64,000 nucleotides of DNA from an uncultured Candidatus Hydrogenedens sp. GTDB lineage: Bacteria; Desulfobacterota_D; UBA1144. Positions 56,102 to 64,000 of this stretch are shown piece by piece. Under the pieces are notes generated by a model. It was not told where the DNA came from, did not search any database, and saw only the letters and a program-made list of their open reading frames with translations. The stretch spans positions 8,809 through 72,808 of the forward strand of contig CACLTT010000003.1 in NCBI GenBank assembly GCA_902609885.1, written 5' to 3'. The position numbers and the translations under genes were made by a program. Numbering within the stretch: the first letter of the stretch is position 1; every line of letters begins with the position of its first letter.

Positions 56102-59100
56102 CTAATTATCTAAATTATTCTGTAAAATACTTTTTAGTTTTTTTATACTTATATTTGAGTTCTCAGCATAATGTTTAAATTGATCATCGTTTATTTTGCC
56201 CACGCTAAAATATTTAGCATCAAGATTATAAAAATACAACCCTGAAATAGAAGAAGGGGGATAAATCGCATAGTTCTCTGTGAGACTAACATTCAATTTA
56301 TTCTCTACATCTAGTAATTTCCAAATCTTATCTTTTTCGGAATGATCAGGGCATGCAGGATATCCATGTGCTGGTCTTATTCCTGCATATTTTTCTTTTA
56401 TAAGATCATCATTAGAATAATCCTCATTTGATCCATTATCTTTTCTCATTTTTTCATGAAGTAATTCTGCAGATGCCTCAGCAAGTCTATCAGCTAGAGC
56501 TTTAATAAGAATAGAAGAATAATCATCTCCTGACTTTTCAAATTTACTAGCAAAATCCTCAATTTCTTGACCTGCTGTCACAACAAATGCTCCTATAACA
56601 TCCTCTGAATTTAAATTTGGTGAAATAAAGTCTGAAAGGGAGTAATATATTTCTTTTAGTTTACTTTTTTTAACCTGCTGTCTTAGAAAATTAAATTCTT
56701 CGACCTTCTTTGCTGTATTATAATCAACTAAGATTACAGATTCATCTTGACTATGAGCCCTCCAATTCTGAGACAATCCCCTAATATTAATATTTTTTTC
56801 CTTTGATAAAATATCCAGCATTTTATTAGCATCATCAAATAGTTCTTTGACTTGCTTAGAATATCTTGGAGATTTTAATAATTTTGGAAAATTACCTTTT
56901 ATCTCCCATGCCCAAAAAAAAGGTGACCAATCAATATATCCTCTTAAAGAATTTATATCGAATGTCCATTCATTCACATTAAAGTTTTTTGTCATATTGA
57001 GGATATTCTTTTCATTTAATTTAAATTTCTTAGACCTGGCCTCTTCGATATCCACAAAATTTATTTTTTTTGAATTTTTATACCTTTTAATTGTTGATGC
57101 TTGATCATCTTTTAAATTATCAATATATTTATGAGAGGTTTTTTCATTAAGTAGTTCCCTACAAACACCAACAACCAATGATGCATCAGGAACGTGAACT
57201 ACTACTCCTTTCTCATAATTTGGTGCCATTTTTATCGCCGTATGTGCCTTACTAGTAGTGGCTCCACCTATCAAAACTGGAAGATTGTAGCCGTCTGAAT
57301 TTAATTTATCTAAATTACTTATCATTTCATCTAAAGATGGAGTTATTAACCCACTCATACCAACAACATCTGGCTTAAAATCATTAATATTTTCAAGAAT
57401 AGTATCATAATTAACCATCACTCCTAGGTCTCTAACATCAAATCCATTACAACGTGCAACAACAGATACAATATTTTTACCTATATCATGAACGTCACCT
57501 TTAACAGTTGCGATTAACATCTTACCAGCCGAGGTACCCTTAACTTTATCTTTTTCCATAAAAGGCTCGAGATAATTCACGGCCTTCTTCATAACTCTTG
57601 CACTTTTAACAACTTGAGGAAGAAACATTTTTCCTTCTCCGAAAAGGTCTCCAACATACTTCATACCATCCATCAGAGGTCCTTCAATAATTTCTAATGG
57701 CGAGTCATATAAACCTCTAGCTTCTTCTACGTCCTCTTCAATATTAGTTGTAATACCTTTTATTATTTGATGGGAAATTCTATCCTTCAAATCCAATGAC
57801 TTCCAATCTTCAGCTTTCTTGATTCCATTTGAACTGGATCCCACCGAACTTGCAAACTCAATTAAGTTTTCTGTGGCAGATTCCTCTCTGTCGAAAATCA
57901 CATCTTCTATTAATTTAAGAAGTTTTTCATCTATTTCTTCATAGACTTCAAGCATTCCTGCATTAAGAATAGCCATATCTAGTCCCGCTTTTTTTGCATG
58001 ATATAAAAATGCTGAATGCATGGCCTCTCTTACTTTATTATTACCTCTAAATGCAAACGATAAATTACTAATTCCACCGCTCACCATCGCACCCGGACAT
58101 AATTCTTTAATTTTTGGAATGCTTTCTAAAAAATTAATTGCATATTTCTTATGCTCTTCAATGCCAGTTGCAATAGTTAATATGTTTGGATCAAAAATAA
58201 TTTCTGTTGAATTAAAATGGAGCTTATTGATTAGTAGGTCATAAGCTCTTTTACAAATATTAACTTTTGATTCAATTTCTGTTGCTTGACCACTTTCATC
58301 AAAGGCCATAACAACCACTGATGCTCCATATTTCTGTATTATTTTGGCTTGTTTGAGAAACTCTTCTTCACCCTCTTTTAGACTAATAGAATTAACGATA
58401 CCTCTACCTTGAATACATTTTAATCCAGATTCGATGACGCTAAATTTTGAACTGTCTATCATCAATGGAACTTTAATTATGTCAGGATCTGAAGCAATCA
58501 AATTTAAAAATTTTTGCATGCATTTCTCACCGTCCAACATACCTTCATCAAAATTAATATCAATAATATGAGCTCCATTTTGAACCTGTTGCTTAGCTAT
58601 TTCCATTGCTTCCTCATAATTTTCATCTTTAATTAACTTAGAGAATTTTGGAGAACCTGTAATATTAGTCCTTTCCCCTATTACAAAAAAATTATTTACA
58701 TTATTAAGCTCTAGAGGCTCAAGACCACTAAACGAAGGAAGCAACTTTCTAGGAGCTAAACTGATAGGCTTAAAATTTTTTAAAACTTTAGAAATTTCAA
58801 AGATATGATCAGGAGTAGTACCACAGCACCCACCAACAAAATCTAAAATATTACTCTCAAAATATGGAGTTAAAGCTTTTGCGGTATCCTCGGGTAATTC
58901 ATCATAACCTGTATCTGATAAAGGATTTGGCAGTCCAGCATTTGGATAACAAAGCACTTTACAATTTGCATAATTTTTCAGTTCTTTAACGTATCCTATT
59001 AAAGATTCGGCACCAAGACCACAGTTCATGCCAACTGAGTAAGGATTTGAATGCCTTATTGATTCCCAGAAAGCCCTAATAGTTTGGCCAGACAAGGTTC

Positions 59101-59779
59101 TTCCAGACTTATCAGAAAAAGTTACTGAAATAAATACTGGGGATCTCTCACCAACCTCTTCAAACAGATTTTCTAAGGAGAATAAAGCAGCTTTAAGATT
59201 TAATGTATCAAAAGTTGTTTCTGGAAGAAATATATCAACACCGCCGTCTAACAAACTTTTTGCTTGAAGATAATATGCATTTACAAGTTCGTCAAAAGTT
59301 ACATTCCTTTTTCCTGGATCTTCGACATCTGGAGAAATTGAGGCAGTTCTATTAGTTGGTCCCATAGCTCCGGCAATAAAAATCTTTGATTTATCAATAT
59401 CATCATTTGACTCATCTATAGCTTGTTTTACAACTTTTACTGATTCTATATTCATTTTCTCAACAAGGTGTTCTAATTTATAGTCGGATTGGGCTATTGA
59501 TGTTGCTCCAAAAGTATTTGTTTCTATAATTTTAGATCCCGAGTTAATATAAGATTTATGAATTTCTTTAATAATATTAGGACATGTAATATTTAGTATT
59601 TCATTATTACCCTTTAAATCTAAGATATGATTTTTTAGCAAATCTCCTCTATAGTCTTCTTCCTGTAATTTATATTTTTGAACCATGGTGCCCAAGGGGC
59701 CATCCATTAGCATAATTTCATTTTTACATAAAGTATCAAGCTCATTAAAAATTTTTGATTTTTTCATTTCTATTACCAC
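56102..59779 (-). CDS. metH: B12-dependent methionine synthase
   Basis: [32 protein letters not shown]. Confidence 0.97.
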   Translation of the reverse strand: MVIEMKKSKIFNELDTLCKNEIMLMDGPLGTMVQKYKLQEEDYRGDLLKNHILDLKGNNEILNITCPNIIKEIHKSYINSGSKIIETNTFGATSIAQSDYKLEHLVEKMNIESVKVVKQAIDESNDDIDKSKIFIAGAMGPTNRTASISPDVEDPGKRNVTFDELVNAYYLQAKSLLDGGVDIFLPETTFDTLNLKAALFSLENLFEEVGERSPVFISVTFSDKSGRTLSGQTIRAFWESIRHSNPYSVGMNCGLGAESLIGYVKELKNYANCKVLCYPNAGLPNPLSDTGYDELPEDTAKALTPYFESNILDFVGGCCGTTPDHIFEISKVLKNFKPISLAPRKLLPSFSGLEPLELNNVNNFFVIGERTNITGSPKFSKLIKDENYEEAMEIAKQQVQNGAHIIDINFDEGMLDGEKCMQKFLNLIASDPDIIKVPLMIDSSKFSVIESGLKCIQGRGIVNSISLKEGEEEFLKQAKIIQKYGASVVVMAFDESGQATEIESKVNICKRAYDLLINKLHFNSTEIIFDPNILTIATGIEEHKKYAINFLESIPKIKELCPGAMVSGGISNLSFAFRGNNKVREAMHSAFLYHAKKAGLDMAILNAGMLEVYEEIDEKLLKLIEDVIFDREESATENLIEFASSVGSSSNGIKKAEDWKSLDLKDRISHQIIKGITTNIEEDVEEARGLYDSPLEIIEGPLMDGMKYVGDLFGEGKMFLPQVVKSARVMKKAVNYLEPFMEKDKVKGTSAGKMLIATVKGDVHDIGKNIVSVVARCNGFDVRDLGVMVNYDTILENINDFKPDVVGMSGLITPSLDEMISNLDKLNSDGYNLPVLIGGATTSKAHTAIKMAPNYEKGVVVHVPDASLVVGVCRELLNEKTSHKYIDNLKDDQASTIKRYKNSKKINFVDIEEARSKKFKLNEKNILNMTKNFNVNEWTFDINSLRGYIDWSPFFWAWEIKGNFPKLLKSPRYSKQVKELFDDANKMLDILSKEKNINIRGLSQNWRAHSQDESVILVDYNTAKKVEEFNFLRQQVKKSKLKEIYYSLSDFISPNLNSEDVIGAFVVTAGQEIEDFASKFEKSGDDYSSILIKALADRLAEASAELLHEKMRKDNGSNEDYSNDDLIKEKYAGIRPAHGYPACPDHSEKDKIWKLLDVENKLNVSLTENYAIYPPSSISGLYFYNLDAKYFSVGKINDDQFKHYAENSNISIKKLKSILQNNLDN

Positions 59780-60579
59780 TCATCTCTCATATCTCTCAGC
59801 AATTTAAACCTTTCTTCCATATTCAAATCACTAAATTTGTCTGATGTCTTAAGCAAATCTAAAAAAGAAAATTCATCAATCCTAAAAAAAGGATTATATT
59901 TTTTTTCGAATCCAATATCTTTGATTTCTGAAAGTTCATTACTTTTACAATCTAATAAAAAATTTTTTATATCCGATGCAAAATCATTATCATCAAAAAT
60001 TATTGAATCTAGAAATTTCAAATTATTTTCTAAATAATCGTGTCCTGGTAATAATTTTAGATTATCAGGCAGATTCTTCATTTTATGGTGAATTGTTCTA
60101 AATAGCATAGATGCATCTCCGCGAAACCTTACGTTACCTACTCCACATGCAAATATAGTGTCTCCACAAAATACATAATTATTTACTATAAAAGATATAT
60201 GTTCAGGGCAATGTCCCGGTGTATGTAAAACCTTAATTCTTAAATCTCCAATTTTAACAATATCATTCTCAAATATGTTATCAAATTCTTGCGTGAATAA
60301 ATCTTTACAAATGTTATGTGCATTTAATTTTATTTTATATTTATCCATAAAATATGAGTTATATGCAATATGGTCGGGGTGTGCGTGCGTATTTAAAACT
60401 AGTTTGGGATTCAAATCATTATTGATTATAATTTTATCTATAAAATCTTTATCTAGAGGGTCAATTATTACACAATCTCTAGTTCTAGCGCATTCTATTA
60501 TATAGTTAATATTTCTATCACTATTCTCGACTAGAAATCTATAAATATTCAGATCTTTTTCTTCTATTTTTTCAAACAT
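59773..60579 (-). CDS. Metallo-beta-lactamase-fold hydrolase (glyoxalase II / persulfide dioxygenase-like)
   Basis: THAHPDH, HTPGH, GDT, PGHDY, EKKYNPF. Confidence 0.8.
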   Translation of the reverse strand: MFEKIEEKDLNIYRFLVENSDRNINYIIECARTRDCVIIDPLDKDFIDKIIINNDLNPKLVLNTHAHPDHIAYNSYFMDKYKIKLNAHNICKDLFTQEFDNIFENDIVKIGDLRIKVLHTPGHCPEHISFIVNNYVFCGDTIFACGVGNVRFRGDASMLFRTIHHKMKNLPDNLKLLPGHDYLENNLKFLDSIIFDDNDFASDIKNFLLDCKSNELSEIKDIGFEKKYNPFFRIDEFSFLDLLKTSDKFSDLNMEERFKLLRDMRDEW

Positions 60580-60647
60580 AAATCTATTATACCTTTCATA
60601 ATTAAATCTTTTTGTTGTTTTTTTCTTATTAATTTATTATAATTCTC

Positions 60648-60737
60648 AAGGTCGTCATTTAACTCTACTTGCAACGACTTTAAATAAATGCTAAACGGAG
60701 AAAAGGTTTTTATTCAAAATCTTTCCTCTTCGAGTTA
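60648..60737 (+). ncRNA. SAM-II riboswitch (long-loop type)
   Basis: P1 AAGGTCGT/ACGACTTT, conserved ATTT...TTGCA...TAAA...GCTAAA, pseudoknot TAACTC/GAGTTA with an inserted hairpin; TTGTTT-17-TATAAT promoter upstream. Confidence 0.75.
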
Positions 60738-60758
60738 CATGATTATTAGGAGTATCGT

Positions 60759-61988
60759 ATGTCTTTTGTAACTTGTTTAAAATGTAAAGATTGTAGTCCC
60801 GCTTGTGAATTTGATAAACAAGCCTTATATGTTTGTGATGATTGCTTTGGACCTCTTGAGCCAAGTTACGATTATGACAAGATTAAAAAAGAATTAACAA
60901 TAGATAAAATTTCAAAAAGGTCAAAGAATATGTGGAGATATAAAGAATTATTACCTTTAGATAATGAACCAACTGTAGGACTTAATACTGGCTATACTCC
61001 ACTTATCAAAGCAAATAATCTTGCAAGAATTCTAGGTGTAAAAAACTTATACATTAAAAATGATGGAGTCAATTTTCCATCCCTATCTTTCAAAGATAGA
61101 GTTGTTGCAGTAGCTCTTTCTAAAGCTGTAGAGCTTGGATATGATACAGTTGGTTGCGCATCAACTGGTAATTTAGCAAATTCTGTTGCTGCACAATCCG
61201 CGGCAGCCAACCTTAATAGCTTCATATTTATCCCATCAAATCTTGAAGAGGCTAAAATTCTTGGGACATCTATATATGGGAAAAATGTTATAGGTGTCAA
61301 AGGGAGCTATGATGATGTTAATAGATTATGTACAGAAGTTATTGGTTCTAATAAATGGGGCTTTGTAAATATAAATCTCAGAACTTATTATGCAGAAGGT
61401 TCTAAAACTGTTGGGTACGAAATTATAGAACAACTTGGATGGAAGGCTCCTAAAAATATTGTTGTATGTATGGCTTCTGGATCTTTATTAACTAAGATAT
61501 ATAAATCAGTTAGAGAATTGGTTGATTTAGGCTTGGTTGACGATAATAATACAAAAATTTATGGTGCTCAAGCATCAGGATGCTCACCAATATCCACAGC
61601 TGTAAAAAATGGATGGGAATCATTTAAACCGGTCAAACCTGATACAATTGCAAAATCCTTAGCAATTGGCAATCCTGCCGATGGTATAAATGCAATAAAC
61701 TTGTTAAATGATATAAATTCTTACTCTGAAGATGTTTCAGATGAGGAAATTGTAAATGCGATGAAATTATTGGCAGAAACTGAGGGAATATTTACAGAAA
61801 CTGCTGGTGGAGTGACATTAGGTTGTACAATTAAAATGCTAGAAAATGGAAAAATTAATAAAAATGAAGATTTAGTTTTGGTTATAACTGGTAATGGTTT
61901 AAAAACTCAAGATCCATTGATAAATAAAATAAAAAAACCGGATATAATTAACGCAAAATTAGAGGAATTTAATGAAATTAAATATTAA
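60759..61988 (+). CDS. Threonine synthase-like PLP enzyme (possibly O-phosphohomoserine sulfhydrylase)
   Basis: N-terminal CxxC..CxxC, SFKDR PLP lysine, ASTGN, TIAKSLAIGNP, TGNGLK. Confidence 0.85.
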   Translation: MSFVTCLKCKDCSPACEFDKQALYVCDDCFGPLEPSYDYDKIKKELTIDKISKRSKNMWRYKELLPLDNEPTVGLNTGYTPLIKANNLARILGVKNLYIKNDGVNFPSLSFKDRVVAVALSKAVELGYDTVGCASTGNLANSVAAQSAAANLNSFIFIPSNLEEAKILGTSIYGKNVIGVKGSYDDVNRLCTEVIGSNKWGFVNINLRTYYAEGSKTVGYEIIEQLGWKAPKNIVVCMASGSLLTKIYKSVRELVDLGLVDDNNTKIYGAQASGCSPISTAVKNGWESFKPVKPDTIAKSLAIGNPADGINAINLLNDINSYSEDVSDEEIVNAMKLLAETEGIFTETAGGVTLGCTIKMLENGKINKNEDLVLVITGNGLKTQDPLINKIKKPDIINAKLEEFNEIKY

Positions 61989-62000
61989 GGAGAATAAATT

Positions 62001-62273
62001 ATGGCTTTAGTCAGAATACCAACACCATTAAGAAGGCTAACTAATGAAAAAGATGAGGTTAATTCGGAAGCAAAAACTGTAATCGAACTAATAGATGATT
62101 TAGATAATCAGTTTCCAGGGATGAAAAATAAAGTTTGCGAACCTAATGGATCAATAAGAAAATTTATTAATATATATATTAATGATGAAGACATTAGATT
62201 TCTTGAAGGTCCAGAATCCACAATTAAGCAAGATGATACTGTTTCAATTATCCCTGCAATTGCTGGTGGATAA
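62001..62273 (+). CDS. MoaD/ThiS/CysO-type sulfur carrier protein
   Basis: RIPTPLR, NIYINDEDIRF, C-terminal IPAIAGG. Confidence 0.9.
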   Translation: MALVRIPTPLRRLTNEKDEVNSEAKTVIELIDDLDNQFPGMKNKVCEPNGSIRKFINIYINDEDIRFLEGPESTIKQDDTVSIIPAIAGG

Positions 62274-62274
62274 A

Positions 62275-63318
62275 TTATTCAAAAAATTCTTTAACTTTAT
62301 TGATATATTCTGAAAATGGATTCTTAGAGTCCTTTTCAACCTCAACTTGATATTCTTCAAGTAATTTTTTTTGTTTGCTATTAACTGTCTTAGGTATAAC
62401 AATATTTAGTTTTACATAAAGATCACCATAAGATTCTCTATTTAGAATTTTAATACCCTTGCCTTTTAGCCTCATTAACTGGCCAGGCTGAACACCTGCA
62501 GGAATTTTTAAATCTGAAGTTCCCTCTAAAGTTGGTATTTCAATTCTTCCACCTAAAACCGCATTAGAAATACTGACTGGCACCTCACAAAGTATATTCT
62601 CATCTTCTCTTTTAAAAAAAGGATGATCTTCAACAGTAATATCTATATATAAATCTCCATTTGGTCCATTGTTTATACCTGCATCACCCTCACCTGACAT
62701 TCTTAATCTTGTACCGTTATCAACACCTGCTGGAATTTTTACTTCTAATTTCTTATTCTCGGTATCATCTGCGAAAGCACCTGCTCCACCACAAGAACCG
62801 CAGGTTCTACTGACTGAGAACATACCTTGTGAATAATTAAGCTCACCGGTTCCGTTGCATGCTTTACATACTTTATATGTCCTCGCTCTTCTTAACGAAA
62901 TATTTTTTTTAATTCCTTTAACAGCTTCATCAAAAGATATGGATACATCAAATCTAAGATCTCGACCCTTGTACTGAGAATTTTCTCTTCTTGATCTTCT
63001 AGAATTAGATCTTCCGCCACCAAAAAAATCGTTTATAAGATCATCTAAATCTGGAAAACCACCAGGGAAACCACTTGAGAAGCCTCCACCACCAGCTCCT
63101 GGATTGACTGTCCCAAAAGTATCATATTGTGATTTTTTTTCTTGGTCACCTAAAACTTGATAAGCCTCATTAATTTCTTTAAATTTTTCTTCAGCTTTTT
63201 TATCATTTTTATTTCTATCCGGGTGATATTTAAGTGCTAATTTTTTATAAGCTTTTTTAATTTGCTCTTCATTTGATGTTCTATCAATACCTAAAACTGA
63301 ATAATAATCTTTACTCAT
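62275..63318 (-). CDS. dnaJ: Chaperone DnaJ with only two CxxCxGxG repeats
   Basis: J-domain HPD, G/F region, C-terminal domains; start MSKDYY at 63318. Confidence 0.92.
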   Translation of the reverse strand: MSKDYYSVLGIDRTSNEEQIKKAYKKLALKYHPDRNKNDKKAEEKFKEINEAYQVLGDQEKKSQYDTFGTVNPGAGGGGFSSGFPGGFPDLDDLINDFFGGGRSNSRRSRRENSQYKGRDLRFDVSISFDEAVKGIKKNISLRRARTYKVCKACNGTGELNYSQGMFSVSRTCGSCGGAGAFADDTENKKLEVKIPAGVDNGTRLRMSGEGDAGINNGPNGDLYIDITVEDHPFFKREDENILCEVPVSISNAVLGGRIEIPTLEGTSDLKIPAGVQPGQLMRLKGKGIKILNRESYGDLYVKLNIVIPKTVNSKQKKLLEEYQVEVEKDSKNPFSEYINKVKEFFE

Positions 63319-63994
63319 TATCAGCTCCGGAGGATACAATAACTAAAGATGGTCTTAAAAGTTTATCGTCCAAACTATAACCAGTCTGAATAACCTCTAA
63401 TATTTTATTTGAATCAAATTTCTTCGATTTTTTAAGCTCTAAAGCTTGATGGAAGTTTGGGTCAAAATCGTCCCCCGTATTTATATTGATTTTTTCTATG
63501 TTATTTTTTTCTAAAAAGTTTTGAAAATCTTTTTCTACACTTTTCATCCCTTTGAAAAAATCAGTATCTCTTTGCGAGTCCTCATATAGGTTAAGACCTC
63601 TTTCAAAATTATCAATAAAAAATAAGAGATCTCTTAACATATTTTCTTTAGCAACATATATAGCTTGTTTTTTTTCAATTAAATTTCTTTTTTTATAGTT
63701 TTCAAATTCAGCAGCTAATCTTAATAATTTTTCATTTAATTCTTTTTTTGCAGCCTCTAAATCATCTTTTAACTTTAAAAAAGCTTCGGTATCCTCATCA
63801 TTTACAATTATAAGAAAATTAGTAAATTTATCGGTATCATTAAATTTAAAGGCAATTTCATTTTTACTACTAGATACAGTAATATACTCAGAACCTTCGA
63901 TAAAACTTTTAAAGTCGATAAAGGATTTAAAAACTGATTTATTTTCTTCTTTTTTGCTGTTTTCTTTTTGTTCTAAAGTATTATTTTCACTCAT
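63311..63994 (-). CDS. grpE: Nucleotide exchange factor GrpE
   Basis: LRLAAEFENYKKR, FDPNFHQA, GY.L..KLLRPSLV.V. Confidence 0.92.
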   Translation of the reverse strand: MSENNTLEQKENSKKEENKSVFKSFIDFKSFIEGSEYITVSSSKNEIAFKFNDTDKFTNFLIIVNDEDTEAFLKLKDDLEAAKKELNEKLLRLAAEFENYKKRNLIEKKQAIYVAKENMLRDLLFFIDNFERGLNLYEDSQRDTDFFKGMKSVEKDFQNFLEKNNIEKININTGDDFDPNFHQALELKKSKKFDSNKILEVIQTGYSLDDKLLRPSLVIVSSGADNE

Positions 63995-64000
63995 ATTGAC

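Overview
AT-rich, gene-dense bacterial chromosome segment with very short intergenic regions. Gene content suggests a streamlined, probably marine diderm (inference; taxon not assignable from the window). About 65 CDSs: 3' part of rmuC; a metal island (RPP-terminated His/Cys leader, OM protein, HMA protein, MerT-like protein, DsrE/SaoD, znuA/zur/znuC/znuB, a His-rich porin, two Zur boxes); NAD-IDH-like enzyme; hydroxy-acid oxidase; two OM barrels; COG4337-type carbonic anhydrase; selenium-binding protein; lipidated S8 protease plus PrcB-like lipoprotein; hsp20; udgB; an RHH-led glucosylglycerate operon; azurin; Fe3+ ABC transporter; oadGAB; an orphan T7-like exonuclease domain; hflKC; ndh; ileS; lpdA; hemB; metH; a SAM-II riboswitch ahead of a ThrC-like/sulfur-carrier pair; dnaJ and grpE. 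No rRNA, tRNA, CRISPR, IS or prophage seen. The top novelty candidate is a 130-bp-period array (17486-17834) of three ~70-nt three-way-junction RNAs with covariation, each with a promoter-like element and a U-tract. Other highlights are two stand-alone anti-SD-loop hairpin sRNA candidates, apparent widespread leaderless promoters, and several zinc-sparing protein variants. All family calls are by motif recognition; no database searches were run.
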